This document shows, piece by piece, positions 22,714 through 35,779 of a stretch of DNA of 57,727 nucleotides (its first letter is position 1; every line of letters starts with the position of its first letter). Source of the stretch: Chiloscyllium plagiosum (lineage: Eukaryota). Made by a program: the position numbers and the translations under genes. The notes under the pieces are model-generated. The model was not told the DNA's origin, did no database searches, and saw nothing but the letters and a program-made list of their open reading frames with translations. The stretch is taken from NCBI RefSeq assembly GCF_004010195.1, contig NC_057718.1:10656474-10714200 (forward strand), read 5' to 3'.

Positions 22714-25267
22714 ACATCAAAGCCATCTTCAGTCTGAGTACACTGAGGATAAGGGCAGCATTAAGACTATCACTCACCTCTGCAAAATTAGTTCATTAGT
22801 GTAACTCATTCTTGCAATCAACTCGGTAATGGCCAACTTGTCTTGATTAGCTGACCCATGCTGCTGTGATGATGGCCATGTATAACATTTGTCGGGACTT
22901 TAGAGGATATAAAGGCCACCATATAAGTGAAACTGGGTACAGGGAGTAGTTATTCCCCCCTTCCACCACCCCTTTCAAAAGCAGTTTAGGGAATCAAGAT
23001 TTTGAACAATATGGTATTACTAATTGTTGAGCTAATCTGTGTCATAATTGCAGCAATTTGCATTTAGACCTCTAAGTTGCTAGCCCAGTACCATAATCTA
23101 TAACATTCTCTTAATTATTTTATATAAAATGTGGCCCATTGGAAATTGTTCACTCGAGGAAGAAGCAAGAATTCCAGAAATGTATCAAACACAAGTATAA
23201 TAGAAGGTTAGTTATGTTGTGCAGTACTCATGTCAGGTCATTACTTTTTGACCAAAAGGGGGCAGTGCATATGTGTATTGAAGAACCCTCCAAACAAAAT
23301 ATGGTGATGCTCAGCTTTATATGATAAAGCAGAATGGACTGTTTGGTTTTGTGGTCTATCTTCAGAAGAAGCTGAGTATTATAGACATGTTATTATAAAT
23401 ATTAGCATGATTTATTCTTCTATCTATATCTTTGTTGCTGTGCAGCTGAGTCTTTTACTGTTGAATTTTATTGCTAGACATCTTTCTCAATTAGAACACA
23501 CCCTTGTGAGCAAGGACTGCATCTCCAGAAGCATAAATACCATCGAGGTTGAGGAAATGCTGCATTCGGGTGCCATCATGAGATGTGACCAGACACCAAG
23601 GTTTGTATTTATCCCCTTGGGTGGATGTAAAATGTCCCACTAATCAAAAAAGAGCAGCTTCATGTGACCAAAGCTTTTTCCCAACTAATGACTGGAAAAG
23701 AAGATCTGGTCGGCTTTTTTGGAGTTTGCATTTGTATATTAATTACAGTATTACCCAGTGTTGCAACACTTAATTTGCTGCTATATTTTTTTTAAATGTC
23801 ATTGTATGCAACCTTCCTGTGTAGCACTAAGTGGAGTCTAACTGTGGTACTCCTTTTAACAATCCAGAATTTGAATCCAGTAAATTATTCATCCTTACAA
23901 TCAAATTGTTGCCAAGATTGAACAGTATCAATATTCGTGACACAATTTTCTTATGAGTAAGACCGAAACACTAGGAACAACATCTATTTCCACTTAGACG
24001 TCTTAGAACCTCACTCTTCATATTGAATTAATAAATTCAGAAACTGACCGAAAATAAGGTCTGGTCTCCATTTTTCTTACATTTTCCCCCAACCCCAAAA
24101 CCACAGCCTTGTGTCTCTTTGCACATCCTGCAGGATCAGTTGTGTTTCTTTGGCACCTTAATTTGCACCCATTTTTCATCTTTTTCCTAATTACCATTAA
24201 CAACCCCTTTATCTTATGCACTGGGCTGCCTCCTCGACCAAAAATATATTTCAGTTTGGAAGAAGATTTGACAAGTTAACTCTTTCTTTCTTCATAGATG
24301 CTGCCAGACCTGCTGAGTTTCTCCAGCATTTTATGTTTGTTTCAGGCATTCAGCATCCGCAGTATTTTGTTTTATTATTTTAGGTATTTTGGAGACGCTG
24401 GCAAAATGCCTTACCCTGATCTCTGCCAAACATCTCATTTTCGTCATGATGTGAGGAATAAAATGGCTTGAAATCAATCTTATACCAAGGAAAAATAATC
24501 AATTTAGGGAGGGTGACTTCCAGTTGAGGGAGGACAGATCTGGCCCAAGCACCCTGAGTTAGTCCAGTTATGAACCTACCAACTGAACCATTTAAGAGAA
24601 CGTTATCACAATCTACATGAATCACAACTTTTCATTGAACTAACATGCTCATTAAAACACACAGGTCCACTTTTTACGTTGCTTCTGAGTTTGATGGCTG
24701 TGGTAGATTGTTGAGATTGAATTTTTCATTTTGAGGTCATCAGCTCTTGAACACCGTACGATGATTGTTGGCCTGTGTTTATGCTGGCATCTGATGCTTC
24801 CATGCAGACAGCCAATGTTCACACATCTAGTAAGAACCTGAATAATGTAATTGAGCCATGAACATAACATTTTGGGCGAGTAGAAATATGACAAAATTCA
24901 TTTTTTAAAGTTGTTGGCAGGATGGAGGTAATAAATGTGATTCTGATCACGTTAACTATGGATCATTTGTAGAGTGATTAGAGGCTGACTCACATCCTCT
25001 TCAGCTGATGGAAAACAATAATTTCAGTGACTCACTTCAAAATGATAGTTCAGACACACCCATATGAGTTTTTCTTGAGCTGCACTATGGCACTTAAGTG
25101 ATTACCAATCAGAAGGGCATGTCCATTTTAACAATTAATCATTTGCTCGGGTTTAATGCTTGAAAAAGGTGGGGTTTGACTAATACAATGGTTGATTATT
25201 CTATGTTTTTTCAATTGTAGGAAGAGCAGAAGAGTTTCCAGTTTATACTGACTGAAGTTCTACTTTG

Positions 25268-25476
25268 TTCTGGATTAGTAGTGCTGGAAGAGCACAGCAG
25301 TTCAGGCAGCATCCAAGGAGCTTCAAAATCGACATTTCAGGCAAAAGCCCTTCATCAGGGCTTTTGCCCGAAATGTCGATTTCGAAGCTCCTTAGATGCT
25401 GCCTAAACTGCTATGTTCTTCCAGCACCACTAATCCAGAATCTGGTTTCCAGCATCTGCAGTCATTGTTTTTACCT
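25268..25476. mobile_element. Palindromic non-autonomous Penelope pseudo-LTR insertion with hammerhead motif
   Basis: Inverted arms of ~83 bp meet at agcccttcatcagggct; 15-bp TSD TGAAGTTCTACTTTG at 25253-25267 and 25477-25491. Confidence 0.9.
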
Positions 25477-25589
25477 TGAAGTTCTACTTTGGTTGACCTC
25501 ACTAAAACATATTATTTGGTTATTAACTGTTGCTGTTTGTCAAGTTTTATTGTATGAAATTTGACTGCCAAATTTCCCTAGTTGTAGCT

Positions 25590-28420
25590 TCTTGAGGCAA
25601 CTTCACATTGCCAAAGTTAAGGAGATGGTGGATGGGTACCTTCTTGTAGCAAACATTACATATGTAAATGCTCCTCTGAGACTAATGAATGTGTATAGTG
25701 AAGTGAGGACTGCAGATACTGGAGATGACAGTCAAGAGTGTAGTGCCGGAAAAGCACAACAGGTCAAGCAGCATCCAAGGAGCAGGAGAGTCGACATTTC
25801 GGGCAAAAGCCCTTCAGGAAATTAATGCTATTAATGTGTATGCCCTGGCAGTAAAAAAAGTGAGCAGCTGGCAGTCCTGCAACAGCTCCCACTCTCCAGG
25901 CCGGTCATTCTGGCTGAAAACTTCAACTGTCTCATTCATGTGGATGGACAGTCCAGAGGGGCTAACAGCAAACTGTCACGTCCAGGTTCCTGTTGGAAAT
26001 GGTTCAAGTTGCCAAGCTGCACGATCTCTTCAGCAGCCCGGCAGACAGACAGCAGGGTAGAAACACCTGGTTGCAGCCAGATGGGTTTATCCACCCAAGG
26101 ATAGATTTCCTGTTCTTAGTCAGATCCACTGATGTCAAGCCAGTGTTCTTCCCTGACCGCTGCCTCCTGCTGGATGACTGTCATCTGCAGATGACCAATA
26201 GACAGGCAAGGGAATATGGAAGCTCAACCAGAACACTTGAATGAGTTCAAAACAGATTACGCAGATTGGAGAACAGTGAAACATCTCGTTGATTCTCCAG
26301 TGGACTGGGAAACAGTGATAGAGGTTCTTCATTGTCAAAGGTGTTCAGAACGTGAGAGATGGAAAATTGTCCAAACTCCAAACCAACATGCAGAAAGTAC
26401 AGTCAGTCATCTCAATTTGACATCCTGAGGAATGGCAAATCCCTTCATTCCAAGCAATGTGACATGGAGCTCAAAGACAGCACGGCCTCCCAGTTGTTCC
26501 TGTCCTTTATCAGAGGTCTTATTATGTGTGAGTGGTTGGATCAGCCATTATCTCTGGACAAGTTAACCAAGGCCCTCCAGTCCTTTCATAAGAACACTCC
26601 TGGAAGTGACAGCTTACTGACCAAGGTGTGTTCAGTTCTGTGGGATTTCATTGGCCAGGAGGTGTACGACAGTATGCTTCTGGCAGGTAGCATGTGTGAA
26701 TCCAAGGAAGCGGGAGGGGGGGATAGAGAGGAAATTAGAAAATTGTGACTACTTTCACTGTTGAATGTAAATTGTAAAATCCTGTCTAAGATAATGGCCA
26801 ACTGGATCAGGACTGCTCTGCAATCAGTGATTCATTTCAACCGAACCTGTGCTATACCAGGCAGGAAGATTGCTGAGTCTCGTGCTCCTCTGGGTACAAT
26901 TGCCTACGTACAGGATAAGGAGGGGTATGGATACCTGGACCAGAAAGAGGCCTTTGACAGGATATTGCATACTTTTATGAGAGATGCACTCTCTAAAACT
27001 GGCTTTTGGGATGGAATCTGCAATTGAATCTGACTGCTCTATGCCAGCATCAGTAGTGAAGTCTCAATCAATGAATGGAAACCACAAAGTTTCCTGATTA
27101 GATCTAGAATCGGGCACACTTCCCTGCCTTGTGTTTTATATGGAGCCTTTTGTTGAGTCCATCAGGAAGGATGCAAGCCTGATAGGCATAACTATTGCAG
27201 TGAAGGCCTGCAGGTCGACGCTTTCCTGTATGTGGATGATGTTGCTGTTTTCTGCTTAGATCTGCTGTCATTGTGTGGATTTGAATATCTGCATCCTGTT
27301 TGAACTGGAATCAAGAGGCAAGAACAAGACCATATTCTTTGCCAACTGGGCTGACCGATCTTTTATCGCCTTCACTGTCAGGTCAGGTTGTTTGAAGGTG
27401 CTGGGTATGGTGGTTAGGAGGGGCCAGGGCATGCACTGAAACTTGGGAGGAGCTTATCACCAAGGTGAAACAAGCTGGGCAGATGGAAGCACCGCTCCCT
27501 CTCCATTGCGTTAAAAATGTCAACAGATGTGAGGAACTCTTGGTGTTATATGTAGCGCAGGTCTGGCCTATTTCCCAAACCTGTTCCACTTCAGTTGGGA
27601 ATCAAAGATGGACTGTGTTTGTAGGGACAGCATATATAAAACTCTGGATTAGGGATGTGTGTGTGGTTGCATCAAGCTGTGTAGAGAGTCAATATGTAAC
27701 ACTAAGTGTCACTGTGTCCCTGCTGTTATGAAGGATCAGACTGGCCTCATTGCCGCAGAACACTCCAAGTAGTTGAATTGTTCCATATCACCTGTCCTTC
27801 GTGGGAAGATTTGTAAAGGAAAATAACTTTGATCACAAATCCATCAGTGGTCAGCACGTGGTATCCTCAAGACCCTGCAGGAGCAGAGGGTTGATCCTAT
27901 TGGGTGGTTCCCTGAGGAGACTGTGTCGGTCATTTGCCAGAATGCATCATGGCCAGAACTTGCCAACAAGAACCAAGATGCAACTTGCCTGGTGGTGAAA
28001 AAGGCACTACTTGTGAGATCCTTCATTTACTCTGTCACCGCATGCTACCCTCAAAGTGGCTGTGGGGCAGAAGAGACTGTCGCCCACCTTCTGGAACTTG
28101 CCTATGCAAAACAAGTCTGGAGAGAGATGCAGTGGTTTTTTTATTGAGGATTGTCCTGGGCTGTGTGATGCAGGACTCTGTGCTTTACAGCTGTTGCATG
28201 GGACACGTCAAGATAAACATTGACTACACCTGGAGGACCATCAACTCTGTGAAAGACACTCTTTGGTCTGCTGAAACTTGTTGGTCTTCCACAGCAAGGA
28301 GTTAACCTCGACCAAGTTTTGCAGACTGGCAAATTCCAAGGTCCAGGATACATGCTGAGGGACGCACTAAAGCTTGAGACATGTGCCACTAGGGCACAGT
28401 GGGCCAAGACCACCATCTAA
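25590..28420 (+). mobile_element. Degraded Tx1/L1-clade ORF2 remnant
   Basis: Endonuclease RIDFLF; RT LNVNCKILSKIMAN, LDQKEAFDRI, LYVDDVAVF; C-terminal C..EETVAHLL; many frameshifts. Confidence 0.85.
25697..25822 (-). mobile_element. Penelope pseudo-LTR fragment inside the Tx1 remnant
   Basis: Same family as 25268 and 54536; AATGTGTAT repeated at 25688-25696 and 25833-25841. Confidence 0.8.
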
Positions 28421-28689
28421 GGTCTTTTTGCCAAACTACAACAGAGATCTGTTCAGTTATCGAACCCTCTTGTTACCTCAATTTATGGAAGTAGTGTCCT
28501 GCATGAGCAAGAAATACCTTTAGAATTTTACATTCCCTGCAGTTGCGAAAACCAATGTTTTTTTTTCTTGAAATACAAATACTGTGCACAAGTGTTTTAG
28601 TACTTCTGTATAGTATGTGGATAAAGTTTGTTTTTAAGGGATAAAAGTGTATTTTAGCAAGTTTTGAGTTGAGGCATGAGAGGATTTTA

Positions 28690-29068
28690 AAATCATTGCC
28701 AGATTGATCAGCGAATCGTTTGTTGAGCTGAGCTGCTCGTAGGCTGGAGCTGGCATGAGGATCCACTAATGCCAATTTGAAGTCCAGCCAACCAGAGCAA
28801 TGGCACCTGTAAACATGTGAGCCTTAGGCCAGTGTGTCCAAAAGACAGTCAGGGTGACTTTGAAGAAGGTGGAGGAAGGTATGCCAATCAATTGGACCCT
28901 CTTTTTGAAGAGGATCCTCTTGGATTGCTGTAGATTTCACGCACTGGATATTGACTTCCCCAGTGGGGAATATTTTGTTATAACCTTCCGGAGTGTGGAG
29001 CCATGCGAATGTTCCCTGAAGATGTTTGAAGAAAAGTGGGCGAGAGCCCCCTCTCTGTCCTGTCCTCT
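28690..29068 (+). mobile_element. Possible 5' end/ORF1 start of a Tx1-type element
   Basis: KRILLDCCRF...DFPSGEYFVITFRSV resembles the RRM-like start of Tx1-clade ORF1. Confidence 0.4.
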
Positions 29069-29260
29069 ATGGGCAATTTAGCATAGCCAATTCACCTAAT
29101 CTGCACATTTTTGGACTGTGGGAGGAAACCGGAGCACCCGGAGGAAACTCTCTCAGACACGGGGAGAATGTGCAAATTCCACAGTCAGTCGTCTGAGGCG
29201 GGAATTGAACCTGGGTCTCTGCTGCTGTGAGGCAGCAGTGCTAACCACTGTGCTGCCCCG
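29069..29260 (-). mobile_element. HE1-like tRNA SINE, 5' part
   Basis: Minus GGGGCAGCACAGTGGTTAGCACTGCTGCCTCACAGC...GGTTCAATTCCCGCC; similar to 32895-33083. Confidence 0.9.
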
Positions 29261-30442
29261 TTGTATTGGTATGGTTAGAGAATTGGCTGACTGGCAGAAG
29301 GCAGAGTGTTATAGGGATGTTACCCTCTTCTGCCATACACAGTATCTGGGAAAGGAGGTAGAAGCAAGAAGCAGAGACTAGCAAGATGTCAATTAGATGG
29401 GCTGAAGGGCCTTTCTTGTATGCTTCTATGAGTGCTGTGAGCAGGAAATAGTATTTTACAATGATGTTCTGAAGTCCTATGATCAAGTTAATTCAATTGA
29501 GGTGGCAATTGTGATTGGTGACTTAAAAAGTTGGCAAGTGAACATAAGGAATGTATGATTAAGAAATGAAAGAGGAATGGCCCTGGGTCTAATTTAGTAA
29601 AGAAAATGATTTGATTGGAGCCAAAAATCTGTTAAGCAACCAAAAAGACTTGGAGAAGACCAGAAAATGTGTGTAGAATGTGGTGATAGTATAATGTTTT
29701 TAAAACATTATAAAGAAAAGGCACGTGCAAAAAAAAATTCTGAATATTTTCTCCTTGTGGCAGAAATCAAATTGAATTTGACAATACCAAAAAAAAGTTG
29801 TTACTATTTAGAGTTTGACTTTTGAAGGATGAAATGTTTGAAATAAGGATTCAAAGCCATGCGCTAAGATGATCCATAAATACCATCAGGCAAATGAAGA
29901 AGTACGTGAAACTACAAGTTCTACAATAAAGTTCTGAAAAGGAATTTTAGAAAAGTTCAAGAATTTGGCCATTTGCTTCGATCTGATCACCACTAGAGAG
30001 CAGCAAAAATAAGAGGTGACTTCCGCATAGCTGGATGATGGATGTCAGAATGATTGCAGATTAGCTCCAGTGCATGTGTAAGGATGGCAGAAGACAAGAT
30101 GACCTGGCATCTTATGAAAGCAGGCCTCCTTTCAGGACTAGCTCCAGCTGCAAAAGCAAAAAGTGATATTCCCAGTGGAAGTGGAGAGTGACAGTGTATT
30201 CCTTACGTGTGGCTTAGCGCCACAATTGGTGAATGTGAAGATTTCCGTTCTTATTTCTAGGGTGCAAAAGCAAGAGATTGATCCTGCAGAAGGTCTTGTG
30301 CTGGTGAAAGCTTGGTGTGCTTAAAATAAAAGATATGGTTGCCCAGTCTTTGCCAATGACATACTCTGCTGCAAATAAAATTGTAGATGCATCTATTTTG
30401 ATCATTTTTAATGTACTGTTTTAGTACATTAAAGTACAGCAG

Positions 30443-30660
30443 TTTAGCTCAGTTGGCTGGATGGTTGATTTGCAGAGCAGTGTGATGCCAACAGCATGGG
30501 TTCCATTCCCAACACTGATTTGAAGTTACCATGAAGGACTCTCCTCCTTAACCTCTTCCCACACCTGAGGTCTGGTGACCCTCCGGTTAAATCCCCACCA
30601 GTTGCTTCTCTCTCTAATGAGAGAGCAACCCCTATGGCCTGATAAGACTATGACGACACA
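30443..30660 (+). mobile_element. tRNA-derived SINE (second family)
   Basis: A box TAGCTCAGTTGG (30445), B box GGTTCCATTCC (30499); second copy at ~46283-46450. Confidence 0.7.
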
Positions 30661-32379
30661 ATATTGTACTGTTGTATCAAAGTTCATTTAGGTTAGTACA
30701 AGCAACAGAATCCAATACCAAAATGAGAACCTATCTAATATTTCTTTAGGATTTTTTACCAGCCTCTAATTGCACACTCAAGTCAGTTGGAAATAATTCA
30801 ATGTTATTTTACATTACATTTCTTTCATTGAAACAGCTAAAAATAATTGAAAAACATTGGTTGCTGGGAGGAGGGCACTGACGAAGATGGGAGCTTAATC
30901 ATCACAGTTAGTTATATCACCAAGCTATTTCTAGATAATTAACCTCATTTGTTTCCTTTTTTTCAATATTACTTACGTGAAACACTGGTAAACAATTTTG
31001 TTTTCTCTACTAATCTCCATCTCCATTGTTTGAGGCAACTGACATGAAAAAATCTCTTCTGCAACCTCCTTGTCCCAGGATTCATTCACTTGTTCCTGTC
31101 TTAGAAGTCATATCAATTGTTGATCAGGCAGATTGTAAGATAACAGTATGGGACACTTTGAAGTTGGGCAAATGTTCCATTAAGACAACAGCATAATTTT
31201 ATCAGCCTGTGCTAATTCTGAGTTTAGGTTGAGCACAGATTGTTTCATAAATATAAACAAAAATAGAATGGACGTTTCTTAGAATTCAGCCCCATGTTTC
31301 AATCAGTTGGACCAGCTGGAAAGTTAACAAAATGGCATAGGAAGGTATCAGGTACTATTCCCAATGCTATAATTCTTGTATCAAGAAGATAGCTGCATGT
31401 TCAATTGAACCACTTAAGTGACCAACTAGGACCTATTTTCTACTCGTCTCTGATATATCAGAAACTCGGGCCAGCTGTTGTCGGTTGACTCTCCAGTGCA
31501 ACCTGATCATCCTGGTGGGGCATTTCCTTCTTAGTTACTTGTGGGGAATCCTGATAGTAATCACTATCATTGAGGCAATGTTGCTGAGTGTGCAGAGCAA
31601 ACGTTCCCTGTACCTCTTCCCTTCCCCTGCCCCAGCTTACTCGCCAGGTCCTGGTTAACCTCCCAAGCTGACTTCCCTCTCTTTAAGGACACCCAATATG
31701 ATTCAAAATATTGTGAATGCTCGCAATATGGAATGTAAACAAACGCTGGAAATATCAGGTCTGGCAGGATCTGTGAAAACAAACAATCGTGTTACATGTT
31801 CCTGGTACAGCTTTATTAATAGCCACTGCTAGGAGTTGAGCTGCTGAAATGATTACGCTGATGGCTTTTCAGGGTAGGCTACTGCACTTAATAGAGATGT
31901 GGCCCTGAATGCTTGGGTCATCACATCTCTGAACTTCCTGCTACAGGAGTGGGACTTCTGCTTCCACCAAGTTGGCACCATGGACTATAATGGTCTTGTA
32001 ACTTTCAACATTTTTTCTTTCTTTGACTGCCTGTTTTTTTAAACAATGGCGCTAGCATTAGGTATTCAAAAGGAACACTGTGTTTTAATCTTGGATTGAC
32101 TCACTTGCGTTGGCAGAGTGAGACCATCTCCACGCCAGGACCAGACCACACAATCCAAGCTGCTAATTCGGGGCTGAGATTGAATTCAAATCCAGTTGCC
32201 TTTCCCCGTGGGTAGGTGGGACATATACAGATATAGGAATAGGAGAGCCTTTCAAGTCTGCTCTGCCATTCATTATGATCTTGGCTGAGCTTGGGCTTCA
32301 TTTACCTGTGCATTGGCCATATTCTTCAAGTATGTTGGTGGCTAAAAATCTGTGTATCCTAGGCCTGAGTGTTTTCAAT

Positions 32380-33470
32380 TATAGTGTCTACAACCCTCCC
32401 AAATATGGCCGGCTCTTAACATTCCTCTGCAGTGACCTAGCAAGCTGTTTTAATTGTACTGCTACTGTGTCCAAATAGAAAACTACCATAACTTGAGAAC
32501 AACACTGCTGCCCCTATCAACCCTGCAATATCCTCCTTACCAAATGTGGAGTCTCAGCCAAAATTGGGAGAACTGGCCCTAAGATTAGCCATCCACCAGC
32601 TTGATGTCATAATTTCAGAATCATTTCTGATAGACAATGTCCGAGATGCCATCGTTACCATTCTTTAGTACGTTTAGCAGGTCAGATAAATTCATAAATG
32701 TCTACAACCCATTCTTCTGTCAAATGAGTCTGTGCCAGTCATACAAGTGAATCTAGATTAGATTTTTTAGATTAGATTAGATTAGATTAGATTACAGTGT
32801 GGAAACAGGCCCTTCGGCCCAACAAGTCCACACCAACCCACCGAAGCGAAACCCACCCATACCCCTACATTTACCCCTTACCTAACACTACGGGCAATTT
32901 AGTATGGCCAATTCACCTAACCTGCACATCTTTGGACTGTGGGAGGAAACCGGAGCACCCGGAGGAAAGCCACGCAGACACGGGGAGAACGTGCAAACTC
33001 CACACAGTCAGTCGCCTGAGTCGGGAATTGAACCCGGGTCTCTGGCGCTGCGAGGCAGCAGTGCTAACCACCGTGCCGCCCACAAATTCTAATTATTCTA
33101 TGCATGAGGTGATGGTATACAGTCAGGAATAATTTGCCCTGGGCATCTTCAACAGTGACTCTAGATTGCATCAAGTCTCATAGCAGCAGGGCAAGGAAAT
33201 TTCCTATTGCCTGTTATCTCTTACGACCACGATAAGTTGTCAGTACTCCATGTTGAACAGTACTTGAAGGAAGCACTGAGGATGGCAAGTGCACAGAATA
33301 TAGACTGAGTGAGGTCTTCAATATCCAGCACTAAGAATAGTTCAGTAGCTGCATTACTCATGGAGCTGCTGCATCCTAAAATGACATAGCACAGTATTGA
33401 AACTGGGTCTACAGCACCAGGTGAGGAACCAACAAGAGGGATCAATCTACCTGACTTCATTTTTCAATCT
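32380..33470 (+). mobile_element. Degraded endonuclease region of the 3771-type LINE, split by a SINE
   Basis: gccaaaattgggagaactg, gtatacagtcagga, gaagcactgaggatggcaag are collinear with 4200-4740. Confidence 0.7.
32754..33083 (-). mobile_element. Young HE1-like SINE with (ATCTA)n tail
   Basis: CpG-rich; B box GGTTCAATTCC at 33024-33034 (minus); CR1-derived 3' end; (TAGAT)n at 32754-32793. Confidence 0.93.
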
Positions 33471-33714
33471 ACTGTCACCTGTGCTGTGCAACCTTTGACG
33501 AGACCAGACCTCCTCTTCCATCCCGTTTACCACAGTATGAATGTGACTTTGCTGAACACTTTAGATCCAAGAAAGAAGTTTAGCCTTCTAGGTACTTTTC
33601 TAATTCAAGTATAATGTGGTGGTCATTCACTGATACAATCAGATGAGGCTGCGGAGTTTCTTTAACAACAAAACAGAAGCTTATTATACAAAAGCCCTTA
33701 TCAAAAATAAGATT

Positions 33715-35052
33715 TTTTTTGTGTGTGATAATCTCCTGTTTTTTTTCGTGAACTTTTTGTTCTCTCTCCTGTTTACTTTTTTATTATTCCACCCGAGTGG
33801 CCAGTGAAACTCCTGTTTTTTTTATATATATATATAACCCCCACACTACCGCCTAACTGCGGTAGTGCTTATTTTTTCCCCAGCACCCATGGTGTGTGTG
33901 CGCAGGTGTGAGACAAAGTGAGAGACACAAGGTGCACGAATCTTTATTTAATTTCCACCACCAGGAAGATAGGAAAACACCCGAGTGGCCAGTGACAAGC
34001 ACTGCCCTTCACATCAAAGGACGATGCTGTGTGATCAAACAGTGAAGGGGAGGGCAGGGATTAAATCAAAACAGAGTTGGAGGGAGAAATAATGCACTCC
34101 ACTCCCTGCAGCGCCCACCTCTCCCTGAACAACTCCAGGGTTTTGGTCGACACCGCGTGCTCCTTTTCCAAGGACACCCAGGCCCTAACGTAACCGCGGA
34201 AGAGGGGCAGGCAGTCGGCCCTAATGACCCCCTGCGGTTGTAGGGGACTGCTGTGTGCAGCACCCTCCACCCCAGATTCCCGAGAGAAAGGGGGAGGACT
34301 CCCGCGTAGATAGCCCTCCACTGGGGATCTCCACCGCCTGGTGGCAAATGGGCACGCCAAGGCATGTCCGGACGGTGGATGAGGCGGAAGAGGTGGACGG
34401 TGTGCGGCCGCAGTCTATACAGGGCCCGCCTTTTTACCCCCTGAAAGGGAACAAAATTAAAATTCCGGAGGCGGCTCAGGTTGTGGGCACAGGCTCCCGC
34501 GGGAAGTACGGGACCTTGGGGCCAATGTGAAATTCTGTCCGGGCTGGGGTGAGCGCGGACAGGATCCCACCGCATACCTGAGCGTCCTCCAACTGGTGCA
34601 CTACGTCGGGTCCGAGCACCACCGTTTTAAGGCGTCGGATGGAGGTGGCCACGTACCAGACGTCTACCGCTGCCCTGCTCGCTATGTCTTGCGGCAGCGT
34701 CCAGCCCAGGCCCCCGGCACCCAGCACGTCCCTGACCCTGGTCACCCTCGCCGCCACGGCCCTCCCCTCCGACAGCCACTCGAACCCACGAGTACGGAGG
34801 TGCGGATTCTTAGCAATGGCTCCCTGACGACAGCCGCTACTCCTGCCGGAGGGTAGGCGTGGCGTGATTCGACCATGTTCCAGACAGTGATCAGGTCCTG
34901 GTAAAAGACAGGCAGCGTCTTGAGGGCGACCTCCAAACCGTCACGGTTGACGAACAGGAGCTGAGTGTCATAGTTGAGGTTACGCACCTGGTGGAAAATA
35001 TACGTCGCCAGGGCGCACCACCTAGGAGGAGGCTCGACGTAAAAGGTCTGAG
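33715..35052 (-). mobile_element. Young 5'-truncated Tx1-clade element with internal deletion and compound tail
   Basis: GC/CpG-rich ORF2 C-terminus (LPVFYQDLITVW, NLGWRVLHTAV, ...VECIISPSNSVLI*); TSD AAAATAAGATT at 33704-33714 and 35053-35063. Confidence 0.88.
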
Positions 35053-35489
35053 AAAATAAGATTCTAGATGTAGAACAATTAAATCTTAAAACCGTATCAT
35101 TGAGAGAATTAGGCCCATCAAAGCTTTAAGTTAATATATGCCTGACTTCTTTCCAATGACCTGTGAAGTTAGAGTTGTACAGATGTACAGTTGTTTTATA
35201 TTAATACTCTCAAAGTCAGCTTAGACTTTATTAACCTCTAATCAGCTACAGATTTCTAATTTGTTATGATTCCTGAAAGTTGCTTTTCAAACTAAACTTT
35301 TCTGAACAGTTGTAAGGAGCTTGCATTGGACAGGGTTTAGTGATCTCAACCAATGGATCAGACTTAAGCTCGAAGTCCTAGCACATCCACTCATGAATAA
35401 TGATGGACATTTACAGAACTAACAAGAGGTGGAAGCTCCATAATAATTCTTAAAGATGGGAGAGCTCAACACATTAGCACTGATGTGGA

Positions 35490-35779
35490 TGGCATGGTGG
35501 TTCACTGGTTAGCACTGATACCTCACGGTGCCAGGGATCCAAGTTCGATTCCAGCTTGGGGTGACTGTCTAGGTGGAGTTTGCACATTCTCCTTGTGTGG
35601 ATTTCCTCTGGGTGTACTGGTTTCCTCCTACAATCCAAAGCTGTGCAGGTTAGATGGATTGACCACGCCAAATTGCCCATAATATCCAGGCTGGGTGGAT
35701 TAGCCATGGGGAAAACGGGGTGATATGGTCGGGGTGTTTGTTCTGGGTGGGTTCCTCTTCAGAAGGTCAGTTTTGACTC
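35490..35779 (+). mobile_element. HE1-like SINE
   Basis: ggcatggtggttcactggttagcactg...aagttcgattcc head and HE1 body. Confidence 0.85.

Noticed and set aside
25268..25440. Pre-miRNA or DNA-transposon MITE
   Set aside because: The arms match Penelope pseudo-LTR sequence elsewhere in the window, the right arm extends asymmetrically, and the TSD is 15 bp.
29580..30200. Degraded Gypsy gag-like coding remnant
   Set aside because: Purine-rich and coding-like, but I could not recover a diagnostic motif; BLASTX would be needed.
32990..33083. tRNA gene
   Set aside because: The A/B boxes belong to a multi-copy SINE head joined to a SINE body and CR1-like tail; the same applies at 29069, 30443, 35490 and 40612.
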